From: a virus
Virus record (IMG/VR): IMGVR_UViG_2889849113_000003
Coordinates: 3,716 to 67,715 of that record
Reading direction: 5' to 3' (one strand)
Length of the DNA stretch: 64,000 nt
Made by a program: the position numbers and the translations under genes. Below are positions 8,418 through 16,925 of the stretch, piece after piece. Numbering within the stretch: the first letter of the stretch is position 1; each line of letters begins with the position of its first letter. The notes beneath the pieces are model-generated. The model was not told the DNA's origin and did not search any database. It saw only the letters and a list, made by a program, of their open reading frames with translations.

Positions 8418-8872
8418 GCAGCGGCCCTCGGCCCCTCGCTTGCCTGCCGCACCGTGTCTGCGATCTTTTGCGCCGGCTCGAAGTCGATCACCAGGCCGAG
8501 TGCCGCGCACTGGTTGCGCCAGTAGTTGACCTTGGCCTGCATCTCGGCGGCCAACTGACGCGTCATGAACTCGTTGTCCAGTACGGCATCGAGGGCGCGG
8601 TAGCCACCACCCTCCTGTTTGCGGTCACTCGGAATGGACACGAATGCCTGCACGGCAACGGCCGGCTGATTCGGGACTTCAATCCGAACTGAGCGGATCA
8701 GCCTGCGCGCCTGCTCCAGTCGCCATTGGTGCGCGGCAGTCGTGTTGTCCCACTGGAAATGCTCGTGCAGCGGGTGCGCCTTGTCCGCAGCCTGCTTCAC
8801 CACGTCCTCGGGCCGCAGCAGGCCGTCGTGCTCTGCTGCGATCCGCTCCAACTCACTCTTGATCGTGTCCAT
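8414..8872 (-). CDS. 152-aa protein directly downstream of the pentamer array, putative accessory factor
   Basis: GGAG RBS; LRPEDVV..A....HPLHEHFQWDNTTAAHQWRLEQARRLIRSV. Confidence 0.8.
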   Translation of the reverse strand: MDTIKSELERIAAEHDGLLRPEDVVKQAADKAHPLHEHFQWDNTTAAHQWRLEQARRLIRSVRIEVPNQPAVAVQAFVSIPSDRKQEGGGYRALDAVLDNEFMTRQLAAEMQAKVNYWRNQCAALGLVIDFEPAQKIADTVRQASEGPRAAA

Positions 8873-8886
8873 CTTCAACTCCTGTT

Positions 8887-9405
8887 GTTCCGTGCCTGCT
8901 GAGCCAAGCCAAACCCCTCCAGGCCATTCCTTTCCATGCCTGCCAGTCCGCGCCGCGCCCCGCCTTGCCGTGCCCCGCCTTGCCTGCCTCACGACGCCCG
9001 ACTTCGCCCAGCCGGGCCATTCCTAGCCTGCTGAGCAAAGCCCCACCACGCCTTACTGCGCCCGGCCGGTCCATGCCTGCCCTACCTCGCCAGTCCACGC
9101 TGTTCCTCGCCGCGCCTAGCCTGCTATGCCAAGCGTCACCCCGCCTTGTGAAGCCTTTCCGCTCCACGCCGCGCCACACCGGCCTCACCTCGCCTTGCCC
9201 GGCAATGCCAAACATCGCCATGCCTGGCCTCACGTCGCCCAGCCCAGCCACGCCAGCTGCGCCGTACCTATCCCAGCGCCGCCTTGCCTTACCTGCCTTG
9301 CCGAGACGAACCGGTCCTGGCCTTGCCTTGCCAAGCCTCGCCTTGCCATGCCTGCCGCACCGCGCCTCGCCAATCCAAAACTCGCCATGCCATGCCTTGC
9401 CTGCT
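8887..9405 (-). repeat. GGH-NN pentamer tandem array, putative guide-RNA locus
   Basis: Hand-parsed: 95 pentamers plus 11 tetramers = 519 bp; 82/95 begin GG; position 3 never G; positions 4-5 variable. Confidence 0.9.
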
Positions 9406-9408
9406 GCG

Positions 9409-10071
9409 TCAGGCAATACCGAATTGCGCTCTCACCGATGCGTCTTGGTCCGTGCCAATCACCTCGAAAGTGCCCCAGCCGCACCCCGCACTGCTTTTGC
9501 TGTCCGGGCGCCCAGCACCGATGCCGACCTGAAGCCCAACCCGCGACATCAGGTTTATTACGTCAGCCGCCTTGAACTGGCTCTGGTCGAACTTGATGCG
9601 CAGCTTTGCCGCCCAGGACTGGTACTGAGGGCGGGCGCGCACATCAACCACGCCGGTGGCGTTGCGGGTGTGCGCGGAGAAGGTCCGGCTCTCGCCGTAG
9701 ATGCGGATCAGCGGCAGGCCGTCGATGCGGTCGAAACCATCCGCCTCGATAAAGCAGCTCAACTTGGCCAAAGTCATTTTGAAGCCGACCAGCCGGCACG
9801 CGGAAATCATTCCGGCACGGAACGCGGCAGCATTCATGCCCTCCCAGCCATCGAACGAGCGATAGCGAGCTTCCTCTGCTTCGCGCTCGTAGTCGCGCGC
9901 CTCTCTGACCTTTTTGGATTTCGCAACTGAACCTTCGGCCATGCGGCTCATGAGTTCGGCCTTTTTCGAGAAGCGCTCTATGACCAGCGGCGCTGTGCCG
10001 CGGATCAGAAGTTCCAGAACACCGAAGTTCGGTGCGCTGATGACGACGTTTTCTTGCTTGGTAGTGCTCAT
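9409..10071 (-). CDS. Stand-alone Cas7/RAMP-like protein, 220 aa
   Basis: First strand LELLIRGTAPLVI; RPQYQSWAAKLRIKFD; C-terminal Gly-rich loop VGIGAGRP...GCGWGTFEV. Confidence 0.75.
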   Translation of the reverse strand: MSTTKQENVVISAPNFGVLELLIRGTAPLVIERFSKKAELMSRMAEGSVAKSKKVREARDYEREAEEARYRSFDGWEGMNAAAFRAGMISACRLVGFKMTLAKLSCFIEADGFDRIDGLPLIRIYGESRTFSAHTRNATGVVDVRARPQYQSWAAKLRIKFDQSQFKAADVINLMSRVGLQVGIGAGRPDSKSSAGCGWGTFEVIGTDQDASVRAQFGIA

Positions 10072-11006
10072 GCCGGAGTTCCTGCTTCCTCGGTAATGGG
10101 TGAAGTGACGTTGCTGGTCTGCGGCTCGCCGCCGAGCGCATCCAGCAGCTCCGGGATCAGCCGGCTCAACTCGCCCGTTGCGATGGCCGCGTCGGCGTCG
10201 AAAGACTCGTCCTCGTCCACCACGTTGCGGCCTTCGAGGGCGGTGTCCAGGAACTGGAGCTTCTTCAGCAGCAGCGCGTCGGTCAGAACGAAGGCCACGC
10301 GCTCGTTCCAGCTCAGCGCCAGCCGCGTGGGCCGCTTGCCCGCTGCGATGTGCTGCTTCACCTCGTCGGTGTCGAGCGCGTGCTTGGCGTACCGCACGGT
10401 GGCCTTCGTCTCGTCCGCGGCCCGTACCTCGCACTCGCGGTCCAGGTAGAACCCGGCGGGCGCCTCGCCCTCGGCAAGCCACGCCGCCATGCAGCCCGCA
10501 GCCGACTGCTGCGTGACGATGGGCTTCACCGCGAAGCAATCCAGCGCCTTGACCAGCATGCTCACCACGGCGTCTGCCTGCTTGGCGCTGGCGTCGATGG
10601 CCAGGAGCCCGGCGCGCGGGTCGATCCAGACCTGGGTGCGGCTGCGCTTCGTGAACGCCATGGGCAGCAGTTCGTGCGTGGCCTGCTCGACCAGTTCCTT
10701 GCACTCCTTCTTGCCCGGCTTGTAGCCGCGCTCCTGCTCGATGGCTGCAGCGATGGCCTCGACGCGGTCCTTGACGACGGATGCCGGCAGCAGCCGCTTC
10801 TCGGCCATCAGCGCCAGCAGCCAGTGGCCGCCGACGACTTCGAGCAGCGGCGCGTGCGGCGTGCCTCGCGGCGGCACCCAGCCGGTGCTCAGAGGCTGCG
10901 TCGGCGCGCAGGGCGTGAAGGGCTCGCGGGCGAGGGCGGATTCGGTGGCTGCGGCGTCGGGCTGCCAAGTGGGCGCGATGCGCAGTAGCGTAAGGGTCTT
11001 GAACAT
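10068..11006 (-). CDS. rdgC: Recombination-associated protein RdgC
   Basis: MFKTL..FTPC.P....GWVPP, EKRLLPASVV, PTRLALSWNERVAFVLTD...KKLQF motifs; 312 aa. Confidence 0.92.
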   Translation of the reverse strand: MFKTLTLLRIAPTWQPDAAATESALAREPFTPCAPTQPLSTGWVPPRGTPHAPLLEVVGGHWLLALMAEKRLLPASVVKDRVEAIAAAIEQERGYKPGKKECKELVEQATHELLPMAFTKRSRTQVWIDPRAGLLAIDASAKQADAVVSMLVKALDCFAVKPIVTQQSAAGCMAAWLAEGEAPAGFYLDRECEVRAADETKATVRYAKHALDTDEVKQHIAAGKRPTRLALSWNERVAFVLTDALLLKKLQFLDTALEGRNVVDEDESFDADAAIATGELSRLIPELLDALGGEPQTSNVTSPITEEAGTPA

Positions 11007-11012
11007 GGTGCG

Positions 11013-11312
11013 TCAGCCCTCGGCCCCGTCATACGGGTGCGCCACCAAATACGCCCGCCCACCCGCGTTCTCCAGGTGCAGCGCGTGCGTCTCGATGTTG
11101 AAGCCGTTCTTGACGGCGAGCCGGATGTTCTTGATCCGCACCCGCTCGCCGACTTGGCTGCAGCGGCCTTCGAGCAGGTCCGTCATGAGCGCCATGCCGA
11201 CGACCTTGGCGGCGTCGGACTTCTTCTTGGCCCACTCATGAGCTTCAAGGTGGCCCATCCACATCCAGAGGTCGGAGAGGTGTTCGGGGTCGGTGATTTC
11301 GATTTTGAGCAT
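11013..11312 (-). CDS. Hypothetical protein
   Basis: 99-aa ORF in operon. Confidence 0.55.
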   Translation of the reverse strand: MLKIEITDPEHLSDLWMWMGHLEAHEWAKKKSDAAKVVGMALMTDLLEGRCSQVGERVRIKNIRLAVKNGFNIETHALHLENAGGRAYLVAHPYDGAEG

Positions 11313-11314
11313 GG

Positions 11315-11680
11315 TCAGCGGTCCCGCATCGCGCCCACGATGGCCTTGAACACGTAGTCCTTGGCCCGCTGCTCCGCCGGCAGGTCCGAGTACGGGACGA
11401 TGCAGGGGTGCAGCTTCAACTCCGGGTTCTTCACAGGGCCCCAGGTCCAGCCGTCGCGCAGCTTGTCGGCCATCCAGGCGTTGTGCTGCGCGTCCGGGCC
11501 GGCGTCGGGGTTGTCGATGGCGAACTGCACGCCGGCCACGGTGCTGTCGCGCTGCCACTGCTCGGCATCAGCCCAGGGCTTTTGCGAGTGGTCGCCGTGG
11601 GCTTCGCACAGGGCCTTGTTTGCCTCGTGGCAGGTGCGGGCGATGCGCTCCAGTTGGTCGGCGGTGAGGTTGGTGGGCAT
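11315..11680 (-). CDS. RyR-domain protein
   Basis: HNAWMADKLRDGWTWGPVKNPELKLHPCIVPYSDLPAEQRAKD. Confidence 0.85.
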   Translation of the reverse strand: MPTNLTADQLERIARTCHEANKALCEAHGDHSQKPWADAEQWQRDSTVAGVQFAIDNPDAGPDAQHNAWMADKLRDGWTWGPVKNPELKLHPCIVPYSDLPAEQRAKDYVFKAIVGAMRDR

Positions 11681-11891
11681 GCAGGGTCCTTGGGTGTTGG
11701 GTGAGGCCCGGCCCGCTCTTGCGTCGGGTCCGGGCGCTCGGTCTTCAGCAGCAGTTGCCGATGTGAAGAAAGTAGGGCGGCCACAGCAGTGGCGCGGCGC
11801 GGGAAGGTCTTGGCAGACAGGGAGGAATGGCACTGAACCCACGCCGCTGGAGTCGCCCTGAAAACTTGGGTTGGGTGGCGGCCCCTGGTGC

Positions 11892-12629
11892 TCAGGACGC
11901 GCCGCGCTGCAGGATTCGCCAGGACGACCGCGATGCGGCAACCGCAGCAGGGTCGTGCCACCGACCGTTGTCGCGATTCAGGGCGCTTCCGCTTTCCCAG
12001 CGGACCGCCATGCCGTCATTGGCGCGGCCCCGCAGTTGAACGACGACGCCGATGCTGCCGCGATATGCGCCCTCCAACTTCTCGATGCGGTCGCCGACCT
12101 GCAGCGGGCCGCTCAACGGGTCGAAGTCGGCCGCCGGCGCATCGGCCAGCCGCAACCAGGCCGTCTCGACCCGCCATCCCAGCGATTGCGTGTCGTGCTC
12201 CTCGCGGATGTCGGTGTCCACTGCGCCCAGGTGCGTCACCACGCACGGCGTTGCCATCAAGCGCCGGGCGGCTTCGGCGTCCACGCCGAGATCAAAGAAC
12301 TGTTCCTGCGTGGCTGTCACGTAGACGCGGCTGCCGTTGACGATGGCGCCCGTGGTCTTCCACTCCGCCCCGATGCCGTCGGGCAGCGCTGCTTCACAGG
12401 CCCAGGTGATGGGCGGCAGCGCCACGGGCTTGCAGGCGATCTGCTGGCCGGGCCGCGTGTAGTTCGGCGAGAACGCCATGCGGCCGGCGCCGTCCGTGGC
12501 CACCAGGCCCAGCGGCGTGGCGCGCGCGGTCAGTTGGGCCAGCCGCTGCGCGAGGTGCGGCTTCATGGCCGTGTGCGCGGCGCGCTCGTCAGTGAGGCGG
12601 TTGGAAACGACGGGTCCAAGTGCGTTCAT
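11892..12629 (-). CDS. Hypothetical protein
   Basis: 245-aa ORF with RBS. Confidence 0.6.
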   Translation of the reverse strand: MNALGPVVSNRLTDERAAHTAMKPHLAQRLAQLTARATPLGLVATDGAGRMAFSPNYTRPGQQIACKPVALPPITWACEAALPDGIGAEWKTTGAIVNGSRVYVTATQEQFFDLGVDAEAARRLMATPCVVTHLGAVDTDIREEHDTQSLGWRVETAWLRLADAPAADFDPLSGPLQVGDRIEKLEGAYRGSIGVVVQLRGRANDGMAVRWESGSALNRDNGRWHDPAAVAASRSSWRILQRGAS

Positions 12630-12781
12630 GGCGTTCTCCAGGGATCAGCGCCGATCGCCGGCGCGGCGGTTCAACATGAAGCGGTAGAGGCGGACGCCGC
12701 ACCACCAGCCGGCCGCGAAAACGGCGAGGTGCGAAGCGGCCAGGATCAGGTCAAGGGTGTGCATGCGTCCGCCGAAGCCGA

Positions 12782-13387
12782 TCAGTCGGCGATGGCCTTG
12801 AGGATCAGCTCGGCCGCGGAGCCGGCATTGACGAGGTCATCCATCGTGGCGGTGTCCACGATGTCGAACTTGGCACCCTTCTTGGTCAGGCCGTCGTCGA
12901 GCTGCTGCAGCCAGGCCTTGGCGGCGCTGTCGTAGCCGATCTGCACGAAGAGGACCGTGAGGGCGTCGTCGCTTTCCTGCTTGTTGGACTGCTCGATCAG
13001 GACGCGCTCCACGGCGGCCTTGTCGTCGGGCGTGCCGTCGAAGAACACCGCGATGAGGTCCTTCTTGCTGGACTTGCCCGCCAGCGTGAAGGCGGCCTGC
13101 AGCCAGGTGTGCAGCGGCGTGGAGCCGCCGGGACCGTAAGAGGCCAGCAGTTCCTTGATGTCGCGCGCGGTGACGCCGTCTTTCACGACGGGGCTGGAGC
13201 CCTTGCCGATGACGACACCGAGGCCGTCCTGGTCGATCTTGCCGATCTCGCGGGTGAAGGCGAGGGCGGTTTCTTGCATGAAGTCCCAGCGGGTCATGCC
13301 GCCGGGGCAGTCGTCGTCGGAGGTGGAGCCGGAGGCGTCGAAGACGGTGACGAAGTCGAACTCTTGCAGCTTGGCGATGTCGGGCAC
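12782..13387 (-). CDS. von Willebrand factor A domain protein
   Basis: MIDAS-like DASGS, GSTP, FDG.PDD, VLFVQIG. Confidence 0.85.
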   Translation of the reverse strand: MPDIAKLQEFDFVTVFDASGSTSDDDCPGGMTRWDFMQETALAFTREIGKIDQDGLGVVIGKGSSPVVKDGVTARDIKELLASYGPGGSTPLHTWLQAAFTLAGKSSKKDLIAVFFDGTPDDKAAVERVLIEQSNKQESDDALTVLFVQIGYDSAAKAWLQQLDDGLTKKGAKFDIVDTATMDDLVNAGSAAELILKAIAD

Positions 13388-13669
13388 GAGGTTTCCTTGT
13401 TGGAGTTGCCGGCGAGAGGAATGCGCCGCCGGCGCGCGCTGAACTTCAGTTCCGACCGCAGCCGCGCACGCTGGCGCTGGCCGGGCAGGTGTCGCGGTAT
13501 CGGCACTGCTGCTGGCAGCACGACGGGCATTCGTCGCCGGGCTGCACTTCGTCATGACAGGCGCCCGCATGGCGCTCGATGAGTGCTCCGGCGCTGGGGT
13601 CGTCCTTGCCGTAGCGACGGAGCCACTTGATCGCCGCCTGATGCTCGACCGTGCTCATGCCCGCCTCCG

Positions 13670-14071
13670 TCATCCGAGTTCGCCCAGCGCCCGCTGCGTT
13701 GCCCACGACGCGGACTCCTTGAGCATGCGGATCTGCTCCGTGAGCGAGTGCAGGTCCGCGAGCGTCACTTCGGTCGGGTCCGGCAGTCGCTGCACGGCTT
13801 GCGCTACCGTGAAGAGGTCCGGTGCGGCCTTGAGCAGGTGGGCCGTTTCACGGAACGGGAGTTGCACGCGGTCGGCTGCACCACTGACGACGATGGCCAC
13901 CAGGCGCTGCTTGCCGTCCTCGTCGGCGAAGACCATCTGCCCGTTGACCCCGACGAGGTACGGCCCCGGCGTGAAGCCGGGCTCCAGAGGCTGCGCAGGC
14001 TGCGTGTCCTCGAAGGCGACAGAACTGGTGTTGTTGCGCCGACGGTACAGAGAGAGAACGCTGGCCATCAC
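13670..14071 (-). CDS. Hypothetical protein
   Basis: FTPGPY...AHLLKAAPDL motif typical of phage early genes. Confidence 0.6.
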   Translation of the reverse strand: MMASVLSLYRRRNNTSSVAFEDTQPAQPLEPGFTPGPYLVGVNGQMVFADEDGKQRLVAIVVSGAADRVQLPFRETAHLLKAAPDLFTVAQAVQRLPDPTEVTLADLHSLTEQIRMLKESASWATQRALGELG

Positions 14072-14343
14072 TTTGGCTCCTGGTTGGTTGCGGCGGCGAA
14101 GGCTTCGACGGCGTCGCGGAAAAGTTTCTGGATGGCCTCGCGCTCGTGCACGGGGTACTGGTTGGCGAAGTGCTTGACCATCGCCGGGCAGTGCTGGCCG
14201 ATGTGGGCGAATTCCTTGAGCACGGGCAGCATCAGCGGCACAGCGGTGATGGCTGCGGCGTGGCGGCGCTGGTCCACGATGGCCACGCGGGCGCCGTCAG
14301 CGGCGCGGATCGCCTGACCGTCGGTGCAGGTCCAGCGGGTCAT
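14068..14343 (-). CDS. Hypothetical protein
   Basis: Coupled ORF. Confidence 0.5.
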   Translation of the reverse strand: MTRWTCTDGQAIRAADGARVAIVDQRRHAAAITAVPLMLPVLKEFAHIGQHCPAMVKHFANQYPVHEREAIQKLFRDAVEAFAAATNQEPK

Positions 14344-14546
14344 GCTGTCGCCTCGATGACGCGCGCCCGGGGCTCGTGGAACTTCGCCTCCGGCCCGCAA
14401 TGCACCGCCCGCATCTCGTCGCAGTGCCGACCCTCGGACAGCGGGTGCCGGCACACCGGAAAGTAGCCCTGGCTGGTGCAGCAGGAGTCGGTAATGGCAG
14501 CCCAGGACTTGTGCGCGCAGGACCAGCAGCGGGAGGGTGTTTTCAT
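14340..14546 (-). CDS. Cys-rich small protein
   Basis: CWSC...CRHP...C. Confidence 0.5.
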   Translation of the reverse strand: MKTPSRCWSCAHKSWAAITDSCCTSQGYFPVCRHPLSEGRHCDEMRAVHCGPEAKFHEPRARVIEATA

Positions 14547-14550
14547 GTCA

Positions 14551-14808
14551 TCAGCCCCTGAGTCGGTGGCGCCGGATTGCCGTGATGCCGTCGGGAAGGT
14601 TGTCGTTGCCGACGGCGTCGATGAAGTCGGACTCGCCGCCACCGTTGACCTTCAGGTAGTCGATCTCAACCTTGGCGGAGTCGATGAGGGTTTTGGCGAT
14701 CTCGTTGACGGCGCGGGCACGGTCCAGGTCCACGTCGCCACTGCGCACGCCGCGCAGCGTCTCGAAGAGGGCGGCGCGAAGGTCGCCCAGGGTGTTGCCG
14801 TCACTCAT
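14551..14808 (-). CDS. Phage hypothetical protein, HNH-adjacent
   Basis: LGDLRAALFETL...ARAVNEIAKTLIDSAKVE. Confidence 0.7.
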   Translation of the reverse strand: MSDGNTLGDLRAALFETLRGVRSGDVDLDRARAVNEIAKTLIDSAKVEIDYLKVNGGGESDFIDAVGNDNLPDGITAIRRHRLRG

Positions 14809-15469
14809 GGCCTTCAGCCTCCTTGGCGCGCTCACGCAACTCGCGTCCAAGCGCCGCGCGCAGGCGCATGGCATCGGCCACCTCGGGGCCGTAGCGGTGG
14901 ATGGTGTTGCGCAGCATCAACTCGCGCCGCGTGATGCACTCGACGGCATCCAGCGTGATGCGCTCGGGGTCCGTGCTGTGGCGGCCCGGCTTGAACACCA
15001 CGACGTGGCCGGCGGGCATCGGTCCGTTGGCTGCTTCCCAAACGAGGCGATGCACAGGCTTCCACCGCGCCGTGCGCGGACCCGGGTCGTCGCCCACCTT
15101 CTGCTCCAGCAGGCCGTCCGGGTTCACCGTGTAGGTGCCCACCGGCACCCAGGTCTGCGGACGGTGGCCCGGTTTGAACTGCGTGTACTGAGAGCCCTCG
15201 AATGTCTCGCCGCGGCGACCAGTGTTCCAAGGCACGATGCCCTGCTTGAACTGCGTCGCGCGCCCGCCATGGTTCACGCAGGAACGCATGCGCTCGGATG
15301 CGGCCTTCGCCACACGCTCGGCAGGCGCCTTCAGGCCCATTTGCATCGCCTTGCGGTAGATGGCCTGCACGTCACGGTCCAGCGTGGCGGCAATGATGCG
15401 TGCCGGCACTTCGCTGTAGCGCTTGCGCAGCCAGGCCACTTCGGATTCGGTCCAGTAGCGCCGGGTCAT
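14801..15469 (-). CDS. HNH endonuclease
   Basis: N-terminal WTESE..L; HRLVWEAANGPMPAGHVVVFK...ITRRELMLRN. Confidence 0.85.
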   Translation of the reverse strand: MTRRYWTESEVAWLRKRYSEVPARIIAATLDRDVQAIYRKAMQMGLKAPAERVAKAASERMRSCVNHGGRATQFKQGIVPWNTGRRGETFEGSQYTQFKPGHRPQTWVPVGTYTVNPDGLLEQKVGDDPGPRTARWKPVHRLVWEAANGPMPAGHVVVFKPGRHSTDPERITLDAVECITRRELMLRNTIHRYGPEVADAMRLRAALGRELRERAKEAEGHE

Positions 15470-15831
15470 GGCCGCGCTCCAGGGGCGGTCACCGTGTACC
15501 CGTGCTGGCGCAGCAGTTCCGCCGCACGCGCCAAGTCACGCTGCAGTTGCTGCGCCGGCCACTCGCGGTTGATGCGCCAAACCTTGTCGTGCACCACCAC
15601 TCGGCCGGAGTCGATGTGAGCCTTGAGCAGGCCCCAGATGCGCTTCGAGCACAGCCCGGTCATCTCGGACAACTCGATCGTGCTGAGGTCGCCGTGCTCG
15701 GCCAGCGCATGCAGCAGCAACTCGGTGCGCGAGCCCAGGCGGGCCGGGATGACCTCGGGCTCGCGCGGCGGCGGCAGGCGGTCGGCGTAGCCGCGCTCTG
15801 CGACGCGCTGGAGTTCGGCGAAGGGGTTCAA
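15466..15831 (-). CDS. HTH-containing protein
   Basis: LSTIELSEMTGLCSKRIWGLL. Confidence 0.6.
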   Translation of the reverse strand: MNPFAELQRVAERGYADRLPPPREPEVIPARLGSRTELLLHALAEHGDLSTIELSEMTGLCSKRIWGLLKAHIDSGRVVVHDKVWRINREWPAQQLQRDLARAAELLRQHGYTVTAPGARP

Positions 15832-16056
15832 GACGCACCTCCATTGCGCAACGCCAGCAGCAGCCGACAGCCATCGAGCACGCGCCGGATCGGCGCCGGC
15901 AACCAGGCGCAGCGCGGCTGGCGGGCAGACAGGGCAACAACGGCGCAGCGGATCGGGTGATGACGGTCCATGGTCAAACTCCTCCAGCCAGGATGCGAAC
16001 CAGCGTGCCGGTCAGTGCGAGCGCAACAGTGCCGGCGAGGGCGATGAGTTCGGAGG

Positions 16057-16713
16057 TCATGCATTTGCTCCGGTTTTCTCGGCGCGCAGGTACTCGACGA
16101 ACGCCGGCCAGAGGTCGCGCCAGAAGCCTTCTGCCTGCGGGTGTGCCTTGGTGGTCGTCAGTTCCCAGGGCTCTTGCAGCAGATGCACGACGGCATCCCG
16201 CTCGGCTTCACTCAGGGACTCGATCTCGCTGTCGAAGCTGTATCCATCGTTGAAGCGGTCGGCGATGTCGCGCATCTGCTCCACGAAGCTCGCATTGCTG
16301 TCCTCGCACTCGTTCTGGCAGGCGTTGATCTCCTGCCACAGCGCGCGGGCTGCGCCCTTGGTGATGTCGTTGCTGCGGCGCTGCTCCACGATCTGCTGGC
16401 GCAGGTTGCGCACCGAGCCCTCGCCGTCGAAGACCTGCAGATCGGAGCCCATGAACTTCGTGAAAACGTAGTCGAACTCCGCGTGCTGCAGGAACTCGCG
16501 GAACGGCTCGCCGAGGTGCGTCCACTGGAAGCCCCAGGCGCCGAAGGACGAATGGATCAGGATCTCGCCGAGGAAGCGGCTGCGCTCGCCGACCATATCG
16601 CCGCCGGCCGTCCACTCCCGAATGCAGATCGTGGCCCACTCGTAGCGGCCGTGGCCGCCGTGCACGCGGTAGCAGGTGAAGCCGTCGTCTCGGCTGACGC
16701 TGCCGGCGCTCAC
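16057..16713 (-). CDS. Phage hypothetical protein
   Basis: 218-aa ORF, SSFGAWGFQW motif. Confidence 0.7.
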   Translation of the reverse strand: MSAGSVSRDDGFTCYRVHGGHGRYEWATICIREWTAGGDMVGERSRFLGEILIHSSFGAWGFQWTHLGEPFREFLQHAEFDYVFTKFMGSDLQVFDGEGSVRNLRQQIVEQRRSNDITKGAARALWQEINACQNECEDSNASFVEQMRDIADRFNDGYSFDSEIESLSEAERDAVVHLLQEPWELTTTKAHPQAEGFWRDLWPAFVEYLRAEKTGANA

Positions 16714-16925
16714 TGCAGCACCTCGGCCGGTACCGGCCCCCAGGGCAGGTCCTGAAAGCGCGAAGGCGTCTCACAGCGCCGGGCCTGGTACGCATGCCAG
16801 CAGCCGCACATCCAGACGCCGCGATCAGCGTCGAAGCGCGCGAACGGCGGCAGCGAGTCCGGCACCTGGCGGCGGTACACGTCGGTGCGGTCGGGGCGGC
16901 CCTGGAGCCAGGCGAGGGCGCTCAT
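16710..16925 (-). CDS. Small hypothetical protein
   Basis: ATGA-coupled ORF. Confidence 0.5.
   Translation of the reverse strand: MSALAWLQGRPDRTDVYRRQVPDSLPPFARFDADRGVWMCGCWHAYQARRCETPSRFQDLPWGPVPAEVLQ

Noticed and set aside
6992-8692. 566-aa and other long plus-strand ORFs in the leftward operon
   Set aside because: Antisense to well-supported coupled genes; Arg/Ala/Ser-rich junk composition
8887-9405. Canonical CRISPR array or simple microsatellite
   Set aside because: No 25-40-bp repeat with unique spacers; NN positions are too diverse and the phase breaks too regular for slippage
8887-9405. Self-targets of array units within this window
   Set aside because: Spot checks of AT-rich intergenic regions found no gapped match; not exhaustive, needs computation
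8853-9416. 187-aa ORF (minus) and plus-strand ORFs across the pentamer array
   Set aside because: The G/K/A/R/W-repetitive translation is a by-product of GGH-NN periodicity, and the ORF overlaps both flanking genes
9409-10968. 519-aa ORF as one protein
   Set aside because: The first ~300 aa are an off-frame shadow of rdgC; the real start is ATG 10071 at the ATGA overlap
11690-11890. Possible ncRNA or second pentamer array in an intergenic gap
   Set aside because: Only one hairpin and about four GG-phased pentamers on the opposite strand; insufficient evidence
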